A DNA stretch of 64,000 bases from Methanobacteriota archaeon. Lineage in GTDB: Archaea > Thermoplasmatota > Poseidoniia > Poseidoniales > Poseidoniaceae. The position numbers were made by a program, and so were the translations under genes. Positions 43,930 through 53,212 of the stretch are shown here, piece after piece (positions within the stretch are counted from its first letter, which is position 1; every line of letters starts with the position of its first letter). The stretch lies in contig JABIGM010000024.1 of the NCBI GenBank assembly GCA_018650165.1, positions 2,192-66,191 on the forward strand, written 5' to 3'. The notes beneath the pieces were generated by a model that was not told the origin of the DNA, ran no database searches, and saw only the letters and a list, made by a program, of their open reading frames with translations.

Positions 43930-45345
43930 TCACACCTTGAATCTCTTCTGTATGTCCTGTAATCGATCTGGAGGTAAGAAAATGGTTAATCGGTCATCCT
44001 CAAGCAGCGTTTTTGAGGAGGAAGGACGCATGGTTTCCCAATCATCATGTATGTTTTTTCTCTGGATAAATGCTACTTTACACCACTCTGGTAGCCCAGC
44101 ATCTACTAGAGTTTTACCTGCAAACTTTACTTTGGACGTAATGGTTAGGCAAATTCCGATTACATCGGGTACACTAGATAGGACTGCATATGGACCGGGT
44201 AACTCGGAATGAATCCGCGAAAGAATTGTATCAATTGCTACTCGTTTTCTGTCAACTGAGAAAGTGATTCCCATTCTTCTGACCACGCTTACTAAATCAG
44301 CATCATACATGATCAGGCCTGTGCGCTCAACCCCCATGTCACTGGCTAAAAGTGCCGCTGCAATCGAAGCATGGTCATCATCTAGAGCGGAAATTGCAAT
44401 GTCGTGAGACCCTATTTCAATTTCAGAAAGTAAGTCCTTATCCAAGTGGTCACCATGGATAATTTCAATTCCACTCCGATTACCAATATCTGAACCTGCT
44501 AGTTCATTCGCCTTGTTCAGATTCTTTTCGACGATAGTAACAGTTCCGTTTTGATCAAGCCATGCTTTTGCTAATCTCACACCAATCAAACCAGCGCCAA
44601 AGATAGCGACTTTCGGCCGGTCTGGGAAATCAATTGCTTCATGTCCAAAAATTCGTAATATCCGATTAAATGAAGCCTCTCCAGCAGTAGCTATTGCCAC
44701 TCGGTCATTCGGGAGAATTTGGTCATCAGCAGTTGGGACCTTTCCCGGCATTCCATCACGTTTCAATCCAACGACTAAGGGCATACCTCCCTCAACTTTC
44801 GCACCAGAATCTCGCAAGGTTCTGTGAACTACACCTCCGGCTTCAGGACGGACATCTAATTCTACGATGTATGCATCCGCTTCGAAGGGGATTACTTCTG
44901 TTAGTGATGATGAACGTAGTCCCGAAATTAGTCTTGATATTGCTCCATCCACAGGGTGAACTACATGGTCTACTCCAGCCCATTTTGCCAATTTACCAGA
45001 TTTATGTTCCTCAACAAATATTGGGTCTCTAACCCTACAAACCGTCATCAATTTGCCCTTGCCCTTGGTTTGCTCAGCATGTACATGCTTTGCAAGTGCA
45101 CAAGATAGAATATTACGTTCATCAGAATTAGTAGCTGCGACATATACCTCAGTAAATTCAATTCCCGCTTCAATGAATTTTTGTCTTTGAGTAATGTCCC
45201 CGTGAAGAACTAGGATATCCATTCCTTGGGCATTTTTTACTGCCATTGCATCATTGTCGACTAGAACAACGTCCTTGTCTTCACTCCTCAGAGCACTTGC
45301 GAGTCCAGAGCCAACACGCCCTCCTCCGCCTATGATAACCCTCAT
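43930..45345 (-). CDS. trkA: Trk system NAD-binding subunit TrkA (two RCK_N plus RCK_C units)
   Basis: MRVIIGGGGRVGSGLA and VAIFGAGLIGVRLA are Rossmann GxGxxG motifs. The ATG at 45345 forms an ATGA overlap with the upstream stop (45342-45345); the track start is 45366. Confidence 0.9.
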   Translation of the reverse strand: MRVIIGGGGRVGSGLASALRSEDKDVVLVDNDAMAVKNAQGMDILVLHGDITQRQKFIEAGIEFTEVYVAATNSDERNILSCALAKHVHAEQTKGKGKLMTVCRVRDPIFVEEHKSGKLAKWAGVDHVVHPVDGAISRLISGLRSSSLTEVIPFEADAYIVELDVRPEAGGVVHRTLRDSGAKVEGGMPLVVGLKRDGMPGKVPTADDQILPNDRVAIATAGEASFNRILRIFGHEAIDFPDRPKVAIFGAGLIGVRLAKAWLDQNGTVTIVEKNLNKANELAGSDIGNRSGIEIIHGDHLDKDLLSEIEIGSHDIAISALDDDHASIAAALLASDMGVERTGLIMYDADLVSVVRRMGITFSVDRKRVAIDTILSRIHSELPGPYAVLSSVPDVIGICLTITSKVKFAGKTLVDAGLPEWCKVAFIQRKNIHDDWETMRPSSSKTLLEDDRLTIFLPPDRLQDIQKRFKV

Positions 45346-46940
45346 GAGAGATCCTCTCCTAGCCACTTGTTACGCCATTCGCCACCATACACATCATAAT
45401 CTTCGGTGAAGAACGATCTGACACGCTCGAAATCGTTGCCGGACATTGTACCCGCCGAATAGTAGCCACCAACATTTGACCACGGAGAGTCTTCAATCCA
45501 ATCGATGTACGCAGTGGGGGTATGTACTAGCCATTTATGATTGACAACATCCACAGAGCCCTCGACATAACATGAATTCAATTCTACTTCATTAGCCTCA
45601 CACCATTCATCAGACATCGGTAGCAGTACGTATGCCCATGCATGGCCTTGCCACTGCTCAAAATTAGAATCAGTCAATGCACCAAATACATACCAAGTAG
45701 GAATCCCTTTAACGCGCATAATACTCATGAAAGCATTGGATTGTTCATCACAATCACCAGCGACTGCGGTTAGGCATTGTTCACCACTCCTAGCAGTATT
45801 AGGGGCATTGTAATCATATGGGATATTGTCATTTAGCCAATCAAATGTTGCCCTTGCATAGGCATACGCATTGTCCTTCAATGAATTTGGAAGTGAAGCC
45901 TCTATGCTTGCTGCAGTCTGGAATATAGTTGGAGCAGAAGATTGTTTTCCCGAAATAGCCCAGTTGCTATTACAACCTGGTTGGTTCGGTTGGCAATTGC
46001 GATCATACCACTCGATATGCTGCCCGTATTCTGTGTACCGTGACCCACTACCTCGATTCTGAGCTTCTTCGAAGGTTCCCGAGCGGGCTACACTATTGCC
46101 TTCAGATTTGCCGTCTAGTTTTCCATCCACTCGTGTGGAATGCCACCATGTGTGACTCGTTGATTGTAGAGTTATTGCAAAGTCTAGAGTTTCATGAGTA
46201 CCGCTTGGAACATCCATTGATACTCGGATACACGGCCCGGGTTCACAATTGTCTGAACCAGTTCCGGGGCTGGGCCACCATACTTGATTTCCATCAGAAG
46301 TAATTACTGCGTTTGCCTTACTACGTGTTGGTAAGCCGTTTGCAGGTATTGTTATCGTATCACCATCAACACGAATTTCCATGTTCAAAATATGTTGAAT
46401 ATTAGATTTCTGAACTTCGGTACCGTCGGTATAAGCCAGGGCAACCGGCCCACCCTCGTTACTTGTAACATCAACTGGTATCATTATCGACTCTTCGAGA
46501 TGTCCGTTTCCAGATCCATTATTCCATAAATCAATACTACGAACTACCGTATACTCAGCTTCTAGAGGATATACCTGTTCTGGAGCCATACCTTCCGCCA
46601 CAAACTCCTGAACTTCGGCCCATTTTGCTAGAACAAACTCCCTTGCATCAGGTGTAAAGAAAATAAATGCAATAAGTGCGATTAATCCTAATTGATTAAT
46701 TCTGCTTTTTTTGCGCATACCACGTTTTGGTTTTGCACTCTCCATTGCGTGCCTAGGTGCCACACCCATCTTCGCTTTACGAGTAGGAGAGCGCATAAAT
46801 TCGCCTTTGACGCGTGAGTCCATACCAGATGCGCCCGTGATTACTCTACCACAACTGTAGCAAATAGAATCGCCCGGGAGGGTTTGGGCTCGGCAGAAGG
46901 GACATGTTCCCATCGTATCAACGCTAAACCGTACCTCCAT
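45342..46940 (-). CDS. membrane-anchored transglutaminase-like (papain-fold Cys protease superfamily) protein with an N-terminal cytoplasmic zinc ribbon
   Basis: The N-terminal ribbon is CPFCRAQTLPGDSICYSC. A basic linker and the TM helix LGLIALIAFIFF follow. A large outside domain carries the TGase core AGDCDEQSNAFMSIMRVKGIPTWYVFG...GHAWAYVLL. The start is ambiguous among GTG 46955, ATG 46940 and ATG 46913. Confidence 0.75.
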   Translation of the reverse strand: MEVRFSVDTMGTCPFCRAQTLPGDSICYSCGRVITGASGMDSRVKGEFMRSPTRKAKMGVAPRHAMESAKPKRGMRKKSRINQLGLIALIAFIFFTPDAREFVLAKWAEVQEFVAEGMAPEQVYPLEAEYTVVRSIDLWNNGSGNGHLEESIMIPVDVTSNEGGPVALAYTDGTEVQKSNIQHILNMEIRVDGDTITIPANGLPTRSKANAVITSDGNQVWWPSPGTGSDNCEPGPCIRVSMDVPSGTHETLDFAITLQSTSHTWWHSTRVDGKLDGKSEGNSVARSGTFEEAQNRGSGSRYTEYGQHIEWYDRNCQPNQPGCNSNWAISGKQSSAPTIFQTAASIEASLPNSLKDNAYAYARATFDWLNDNIPYDYNAPNTARSGEQCLTAVAGDCDEQSNAFMSIMRVKGIPTWYVFGALTDSNFEQWQGHAWAYVLLPMSDEWCEANEVELNSCYVEGSVDVVNHKWLVHTPTAYIDWIEDSPWSNVGGYYSAGTMSGNDFERVRSFFTEDYDVYGGEWRNKWLGEDLS

Positions 46941-47023
46941 GAAGGTTCTGCTCACCAGTAAAAGTGAAAATGGTCCTTGAAATTGAAGTAAAATAGTGGT
47001 TAGTACTTCTTGTAAGTGCCTAT

Positions 47024-47740
47024 TTACTCTTCTTCATTTGATTTGTTCCGAGAAGCATCTGACCAGATTCTTCTCAATCGCCTACGCGCAGGTCTGGGAA
47101 CTGCTGCCCACACCCAATCCTGGGCTTTTCTTTCAGCTAGTATAAGTGGCGGAATAATGAAAATCCAAGTTCTTGGATCGAACATCGCTGCAACAAGTGA
47201 GAGGTGTAATAGCATCACAAATACAAATGTCTTTAGTGCAGCCCTCCACCTTTTTTCTTGCAGCATATCGTACCCGTGACGGCAAAAGATTAACGCATAA
47301 CCACGCGGACTTACTAAAGCGATTAACCCTATAGTCGCTATACTGATAACCGATAATGATTCAACTTCAAGAACACGATAAATGGAGTACATACCGATTA
47401 GGCCCCCTACCGAAAGTCCAAGGGCCCATCCTGTTGTTGGCTGTGAACCTGTCCGCCTAACACGTGTTCTGCGCAATATCAAATGTACAATTACCGCCAG
47501 ACCCAAAAATAAAATAATATTTGTGAAGGGGAAATTTCCAAAATAGTATGGCTTGTAAACAAATTCATCTGCTAGTCTTCCATAAAAACCACCGAGTAAA
47601 ATACCCCAAAACATCATACTCCATGCTGTTGGCAAATCATAGAAACCAGCATACTTAGTCATTACTCCGCGCCAACCAAGACCCATTCCAATTAACGCTA
47701 CAATCGATGCGACTTGAAAGAGCACCAAATTGCTTGCCAT
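47024..47740 (-). CDS. hypothetical polytopic membrane protein; basic C-terminal tail ending in EEE
   Basis: There are six to seven hydrophobic segments. The tail is ...VPRPARRRLRRIWSDASRNKSNEEE. No family was recognised. Confidence 0.55.
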   Translation of the reverse strand: MASNLVLFQVASIVALIGMGLGWRGVMTKYAGFYDLPTAWSMMFWGILLGGFYGRLADEFVYKPYYFGNFPFTNIILFLGLAVIVHLILRRTRVRRTGSQPTTGWALGLSVGGLIGMYSIYRVLEVESLSVISIATIGLIALVSPRGYALIFCRHGYDMLQEKRWRAALKTFVFVMLLHLSLVAAMFDPRTWIFIIPPLILAERKAQDWVWAAVPRPARRRLRRIWSDASRNKSNEEE

Positions 47741-47817
47741 GTGGTGCCGTGTTAACCGCTATTCAAGTGAGTTGTGTAGACCGAGGGGTTGAAAATGCCC
47801 AACCCGGCCCTATTGCC

Positions 47818-48981
47818 ATGGCTCGACTACTATTGTTCGGCGGTAAGGGCGGAGTTGGTAAAACCACAACTTCGACTTCTACAGCAGTTGGATTAGCTGA
47901 TGCAGGTTTGAAAGTGCTGTTGGTCAGCAGCGATCCAGCCCACAGTACGTCTGATAGCCTTGGCGTTCAGTTAGGGTCTGAACCATCTGAAGTTGAAGGT
48001 GTCCCTGGTTTATGGGGGCTGGAGTTGGACCCAGAATCTCGAATTTCCGACCACATCCCTAAGCTTACTGAAAGTCTTGGTCCACTGATGGGCGGTGAAT
48101 CTGCTGATCTCAACGCTTCTGAAATGATTTTGCCTGGCCTTGATGAGGCTATGGCCTTTGATGAACTCCTGAAGCACCTTGAGAATCCCGGTTGGGATGT
48201 AATCGTCTTCGATACGGCCCCTACCGGCCATACACTTCGTTTTCTAGCACTCCCTGAAATTATTGAAAAGTGGGCAGATAAAATTATCAAAATGCATCGA
48301 GTAACCGGGGGGATCCGGGCCATGATGTTTGGTTCCAAAGAAGGTGACAAATTAAAGGAAGAGTTGGATAAATTCAGGCGCCGTGTACTCCATGTGCGTC
48401 GTATTTTATGCAACCCTGAAGTCACCCGCTTCACACTGGTCACAATTCCCGAAAAAATGGGCGTGAATGAAACGGTGAGAGCATACAAATCGCTGGCTGA
48501 ATTTGAATTGCCAGTAACTGGTTGTGTAATCAATCGTATGACGCCAGATTTGGAACATGAATTCATTCAAACACGAAGAACAAATGAGGCGGGAAATGTG
48601 AAAACACTCACAGAGTCCCTTCCGAACCTCCATTTACATGAAGTCGAATTAAAAGATTCAGATATCCATGGATTGGATGCATTACGCAGCATTTCTAACG
48701 AACTTCATGGAAAGATAAATGTCAGTGAAGGATTAGGTCCATTTACAATTGGATTAGGACTCGAGGTCCACCGTGGCACTTGGCTACAAGGCGATGAAGT
48801 CCAATTACACCTCCCTGGAATAGTCCGTGAAGATCTTTCATTGAGAAGTGAAGATGGTACAATACTAGTTGGAATTAATGGTAGAGAACATCCAGTTGAG
48901 TTTACCCGTCCAGCCAAAGCTAGCCAGGTTAATGCAAAGCTCGAAGATGAAGTCCTTCGTCTTACCTTCCCTGCAGAATAA
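47818..48981 (+). CDS. ArsA/Get3-family ATPase (single ATPase domain) with a C-terminal HSP20-like (ArsA_HSP20) domain
   Basis: The deviant Walker A is FGGKGGVGKTTTS. SSDPAHS is present, and switch II is DTAPTGHTLRFL. The C-terminal ...VQLHLPGIVREDLSLRSEDGTILVGINGREHPVEFTRPAKASQVNAKLEDEVLRLTFP has the alpha-crystallin-like pattern. The ATG at 47818 is preferred because the track start at 47707 overlaps the opposite-strand gene. Confidence 0.88.
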   Translation: MARLLLFGGKGGVGKTTTSTSTAVGLADAGLKVLLVSSDPAHSTSDSLGVQLGSEPSEVEGVPGLWGLELDPESRISDHIPKLTESLGPLMGGESADLNASEMILPGLDEAMAFDELLKHLENPGWDVIVFDTAPTGHTLRFLALPEIIEKWADKIIKMHRVTGGIRAMMFGSKEGDKLKEELDKFRRRVLHVRRILCNPEVTRFTLVTIPEKMGVNETVRAYKSLAEFELPVTGCVINRMTPDLEHEFIQTRRTNEAGNVKTLTESLPNLHLHEVELKDSDIHGLDALRSISNELHGKINVSEGLGPFTIGLGLEVHRGTWLQGDEVQLHLPGIVREDLSLRSEDGTILVGINGREHPVEFTRPAKASQVNAKLEDEVLRLTFPAE

Positions 48982-49022
48982 TCATCCGTTGGGTTCAAAC
49001 CAAATGCGCTTTTGGACAAGCC

Positions 49023-50387
49023 ATGGCACTCGAAGGGCTATCGAGGGGGATATTCTCCGCTTTAGGGCTACTGAAGAGTAAAAGGAAGCTCGATGAAGAT
49101 GAGTTAAAGGAGATGTTGCGTTCGCTTAGAAGGGCGCTACAGGAAGCGGATTTCAACGTCAGACAGACAAAAGAAATCACTGAAAAACTTGAAGTGAGAT
49201 TACGTGAAGATGAACCCCGCCCGGGAGTTACTCTTCAAACACATGCAATGAATATACTCTACACCGAATTAGTGAGGCTTCTGGGTCCTTCGCGAGAAGT
49301 TAGGCCCCACCAATCAACAATATTGATGGTTGGATTATATGGTAATGGTAAGACTACAAGTACTGCAAAATTAGCAGAATGGTACCGCAGGCGCCATGGG
49401 GTTAGAGTTGCTGTAATCGAAGCCGACGTACATCGTCCAGGCGCATATAGTCAACTCACTCAACTTCTGGAAGACTCAACAGTCGAAGTGTACGGCGAGC
49501 CTGAAAATAAAAGCGCAGTAGATATTGTTCGAAACGGACTAAAGGCACATTCAGCAGCGGATTTAGTGATTATCGATACTGCTGGACGACACAAGTTAGA
49601 CGAGGAGTTGGTTGTTGAGTTAGAACAGATTTCTGAAGTTGCAAATGCTAATGAGAGGTTTCTCGTAATCGATGCACAGGTAGGACAATCTGCAGGCCCT
49701 GTTGCTGCAAACTTTCATGATTTAGCCGGCGTAACTGGTATTGTAATTACCAAACTAGACGGTACTGCCAGGGGTGGTGGAGCACTTTCTGCAGTAGCAA
49801 CTACTGGAGCACCGGTAATGTATATTGGTACTGGCGAAAAGGTAGACGATTTAGAGAAATTTGAGTCGGACCGCTTCATTTCTAGGCTGCTGGGAATGGG
49901 TGATATTCGTGGCTTAATCGATCTGGCCCCAGAAGATATGGATGAAGAAGAGGCAATGCGCATTACCCAACGCATGATGTCCGGTCGCTTTACCCTGAAT
50001 GACATGTATTCACAAATGGAAATGATGTCGAAGGTTGGCACTATCGATAAATTACTTTCATTTTTACCATCTGGAATGTTTGGAGGGATGGGTGCAATGG
50101 GCAAGAACCAGAAAGCCGCAATGCAAGGGAATCTTGACCGTTATCGAGTCATAATGGATTCGATGACCATCTATGAAAAAGACGAACCTGCAAAGATTAA
50201 GGCTGATAGAATTAATCGTATTGCCAGAGGTTCTGGCGTCAGAGAAAAGGATGTCAGGGAATTAATTGGCCAATGGAATCGTTCGCGTAAAATGATGAAG
50301 GGTATGAGCGGAAACCGCAAGATGAACAAACAAATGAAGAAGATGATGCAAGAAACCGAAGGCGGTTTCGAAGATTTCGAAATGTAG
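49023..50387 (+). CDS. srp54: signal recognition particle protein SRP54
   Basis: An N domain is present. The G domain has [20 protein letters not shown] and [10 protein letters not shown]. The Met-rich M domain is ...[20 protein letters not shown]...MKKMMQE. Confidence 0.95.
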   Translation: MALEGLSRGIFSALGLLKSKRKLDEDELKEMLRSLRRALQEADFNVRQTKEITEKLEVRLREDEPRPGVTLQTHAMNILYTELVRLLGPSREVRPHQSTILMVGLYGNGKTTSTAKLAEWYRRRHGVRVAVIEADVHRPGAYSQLTQLLEDSTVEVYGEPENKSAVDIVRNGLKAHSAADLVIIDTAGRHKLDEELVVELEQISEVANANERFLVIDAQVGQSAGPVAANFHDLAGVTGIVITKLDGTARGGGALSAVATTGAPVMYIGTGEKVDDLEKFESDRFISRLLGMGDIRGLIDLAPEDMDEEEAMRITQRMMSGRFTLNDMYSQMEMMSKVGTIDKLLSFLPSGMFGGMGAMGKNQKAAMQGNLDRYRVIMDSMTIYEKDEPAKIKADRINRIARGSGVREKDVRELIGQWNRSRKMMKGMSGNRKMNKQMKKMMQETEGGFEDFEM

Positions 50388-50389
50388 CC

Positions 50390-51883
50390 TCAGTAAGTTT
50401 TAGCGAGCAGTACTCTTCGAGTTGTCGGCTTTCCAGACATAAAGCAAGGTCTCTCTTCAGGATATGGGTCCGTAGCATCTCCCAAAAATGACAGACCAGT
50501 GGTTCTTTCTATAGTTTCAGCATGCGAGTCGGTTCCATCGAATGCCATTTCGTATATTTTACCATCCTCGACATCTTCTAAACTAGATAATTGGAGAACA
50601 ACATTCTCTGTGTGCCTAGATGCCCTGGCTCTTAATTCCACAGATATTTCATCGAGAACTCGATTACATTCATCGACTATATTTGCGAGTGGTAGCGGCT
50701 CTTTACCTCCAGTTCTCTTTGCCGCAAATGCAGAATCATTTTCAATATCCCTCGGACCAATGTCCAATCGGAGCGGAACTCCCTTAATTTCCCAATCGAA
50801 ATATTTCTGGCCAGCGTGTATGTCTCGTGAATCTACCTTTACACGCAATCCAGCGTTGCGAAGTATTGCCGCGACCTCCTCTGCCTTTGCTACTGTATCA
50901 ACATCTGAATTTTTCCGAATCATTGGACAGATAACCACTTGATGGGGTGCAATTGCTGGAGGCATTATTAGTCCGTTATCATCTCCATGCATTCCAACCA
51001 CTGCTCCAAGTAATCTCTCTGACATCCCATATGTTGTTTGGTGGCAATGTTGTTGTTGAGCATCAAGATTTTCATAAGTCAAATCAAAAGCCTTTGCCCA
51101 TTGATCACGGTAGTGGTGACATGATGCTACCTGCAGAGTTCTACCGTTTGGCATTATAGCATCTATTGCAATCGTGTACCACGCACCAGGAAATGTATCC
51201 CATTCGGGTCTTTTTGCCTTAATTACAGGTAGACATAGGTCGTGCATGAGATTATCTACAATTTCCAAATCCTGTGCGATTTGTCTACTGGCGCTATCTT
51301 CGTCCCCATGCGCTGTATGAGCCTCGAAGAAATGTATTTCACGTACTCGAATAAAGGAACGTGTTTGTTTAGTTTCATAGCGAAATGTATTGACCATTTG
51401 GTATAGTTTGAGAGGTAAATCCTTGTGGGACCTTATCCAGAGGGGAAACATTGTGTACATCGCTGTTTCACTTGTTGGACGCAGGAACATAGGGATATCA
51501 AGTTCATTTTCACCGGCATGCTTCACCCAGTATACTTCTTTCTTGAAACCGCCTTCCTCCTCTTCATCGCGGAGATCGTCAGGGTCAACACCTTCTTCTC
51601 GTGCACGCTTAAGTCGCGCAACTAATGCATTCTCCTTATCGAGAAGACTTTCAGGGATTAATAGAGGGAAGTTGACTTCTTCATGGCCAGTCCGCTCCAT
51701 TTCTCTATGAGTTAGGGCGTCAATTAGTTTCATTGTGCGCCACCCATAGGGGCGCCAAACATCCATTCCCTTGATCGGATACCGTTTGTCAACTAACTCT
51801 GCAGCTTCTACTATGAATGGGTACCATGAGTTGAAATCATCTTGCTTAGATGGTATTCCGCGCTTGGCTTTGCCTTTTCCCAT
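50390..51883 (-). CDS. proS: prolyl-tRNA synthetase (archaeal/eukaryal type)
   Basis: DFNSWYPFIVEAAELVDKRYPIKG, FLRPTSE, FRYE and the C-terminal ...RVLLAKTY (conserved terminal Tyr) fit the family. The ATG at 51883 lies 8 nt after AAGGAG; the track ATG at 51910 lacks an SD. Confidence 0.93.
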   Translation of the reverse strand: MGKGKAKRGIPSKQDDFNSWYPFIVEAAELVDKRYPIKGMDVWRPYGWRTMKLIDALTHREMERTGHEEVNFPLLIPESLLDKENALVARLKRAREEGVDPDDLRDEEEEGGFKKEVYWVKHAGENELDIPMFLRPTSETAMYTMFPLWIRSHKDLPLKLYQMVNTFRYETKQTRSFIRVREIHFFEAHTAHGDEDSASRQIAQDLEIVDNLMHDLCLPVIKAKRPEWDTFPGAWYTIAIDAIMPNGRTLQVASCHHYRDQWAKAFDLTYENLDAQQQHCHQTTYGMSERLLGAVVGMHGDDNGLIMPPAIAPHQVVICPMIRKNSDVDTVAKAEEVAAILRNAGLRVKVDSRDIHAGQKYFDWEIKGVPLRLDIGPRDIENDSAFAAKRTGGKEPLPLANIVDECNRVLDEISVELRARASRHTENVVLQLSSLEDVEDGKIYEMAFDGTDSHAETIERTTGLSFLGDATDPYPEERPCFMSGKPTTRRVLLAKTY

Positions 51884-51922
51884 AATAACTACTCCTTGGA
51901 GGATGTTCATGAAATTGCCGCA

Positions 51923-52510
51923 TCACTTGCGACGGAAAGCAAGAATGAGAAGCAAAATGCTCGCCCCCACTGCAACATAATCTGGTATACCCATTTCCGG
52001 GAATGGTTGCGACCAGCCTAATTCATTAGAAAAATTTTGGATTCCCGCCCAATTAATTCGTGTGGCCTCTTCCGCACACTTATCGGCTGTACAATTTGAA
52101 TTTAGGAATCCAAATGCTCCAAACACATTAGCGGCAGATATGGCCAGAGATCCGAGGCTGAATATTTTCAGTAAGCCGCCACTCTTTTTGCCCGCTGCAG
52201 TTTGAGAAGGAATCGGAGCAATTGCCGGTAATGAAGATGGCATTGGAATAAATCCTGGAACCACTTCAACCATTGAATCAGCGGAGGTGATTGCTGTAAC
52301 AACTTCAACAGGAGGTAAACCTGTAGAAGTACTAGGTTTCGAAGGAATAATTGGTTCGATATTTAACCCGAAAATACGTTCTGCAAGGCTTGCCAGAACT
52401 GGGTCGGCCGCGATTTCAGCCTCATCGATATTCCCGTCTAGGAGGCGTTTTACTTTCTCATCATGACTGGTCATTACATCGCCTCCGGAGTGAGGTGGGT
52501 AGGTGCTCAT
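51923..52510 (-). CDS. hypothetical membrane protein, Pro/Ser-rich middle, C-terminal anchor
   Basis: The sequence is MSTYPPHSGGDV...; hydrophobic LLKIFSLGSLAISAANVFGAFGFL; terminal YVAVGASILLLILAFRRK*. The track start at 52516 is TTG, so the ATG at 52510 is used. Confidence 0.45.
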   Translation of the reverse strand: MSTYPPHSGGDVMTSHDEKVKRLLDGNIDEAEIAADPVLASLAERIFGLNIEPIIPSKPSTSTGLPPVEVVTAITSADSMVEVVPGFIPMPSSLPAIAPIPSQTAAGKKSGGLLKIFSLGSLAISAANVFGAFGFLNSNCTADKCAEEATRINWAGIQNFSNELGWSQPFPEMGIPDYVAVGASILLLILAFRRK

Positions 52511-52525
52511 TATCAAGCGTTCGCT

Positions 52526-53185
52526 TCAAGCATTACCTGCTGCTTCGACCTCTGCCCAGTCTTTCATGAAACCTGCAAGACCTTTGTCAGTAAGCGGATG
52601 GCTCATCAATTGACGGAAGGTTTTGGCAGGCATTGTCACTGTGTGAGCACCCATTTGCATACATGCTAAGACATGAGTTGGGTGGCGTATTGAAGCCGCT
52701 AGAACCTTTGTTTTAATGTTGTAATTATCCCACGTCGACATTATTTCAGCAATCAGCGTCATACCATCAGCGCCAGTATCATCAATACGCCCGATGAATG
52801 GTGAGACGTAAGTTGCACCAGCCTTAGCAGCCATTAGTGCCTGTGCGGCAGAGAATACGAGGGTTACATTCGTATTGATCCCATCTGCAGTTAGAATTTT
52901 TGTAGCAGCAAGACCTTCGGGGGTACAAGGGATTTTGATAATCACGTTATCGGGTAATTCTTCTTTGAGTATTCTTCCTTGTTCAACCATTCCAGCAGTA
53001 TCTAATGCTGTAACTTCAGCTGATATAGGCCCCTTACAAATAGCAGCAATTTCTGCTACAACTGTTTTGAAATCTCTTCCACTTTTCTTGATTAAAGAAG
53101 GGTTAGTTGTCACTCCATCGAGAATTCCCCAAGCGGCAATTTCTCTAATCTCATCTACGTCGGCGGTGTCCAAGAAGAACTCCAT
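52526..53185 (-). CDS. tal: transaldolase, short TalC/Fsa type (class I aldolase)
   Basis: MEFFLDTADVDEIREIAAWGILDGVTTNPSLI, the Schiff-base Lys in IIKIPCTPEG, NVTLVFS and YVSPFIGRIDD are present. Confidence 0.9.
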   Translation of the reverse strand: MEFFLDTADVDEIREIAAWGILDGVTTNPSLIKKSGRDFKTVVAEIAAICKGPISAEVTALDTAGMVEQGRILKEELPDNVIIKIPCTPEGLAATKILTADGINTNVTLVFSAAQALMAAKAGATYVSPFIGRIDDTGADGMTLIAEIMSTWDNYNIKTKVLAASIRHPTHVLACMQMGAHTVTMPAKTFRQLMSHPLTDKGLAGFMKDWAEVEAAGNA

Positions 53186-53212
53186 GTCGTAGGTGCCGGT
53201 GTAGGGGGTGCT

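Noticed and set aside
2245-47817. Longer N-terminal extensions offered by the ORF track (for example starts at 2245, 5106, 5143, 6353, 39002, 47707, 45366, 22235, 20054)
   Set aside because: Many are TTG/GTG codons rendered as M. They overlap the neighbouring gene or the opposite-strand gene and lack an SD. In-frame ATG/GTG codons downstream have GGAGG/GGTGAT-type SDs or ATGA/TGATG coupling and give family-typical N-termini.
47967-48566. A 199-aa minus-strand ORF opposite the ArsA/Get3 gene
   Set aside because: It is a Ser/Arg/Pro-rich translation with no recognisable domain, fully embedded antisense to a well-supported ATPase.
48989-49003. A T-loop-like GGGTTCAAACC between arsA and srp54, considered as a possible tRNA
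   Set aside because: The spacer is only 41 nt. There is no acceptor, D or anticodon arm, so it is just a 4-bp hairpin with a 7-nt loop.
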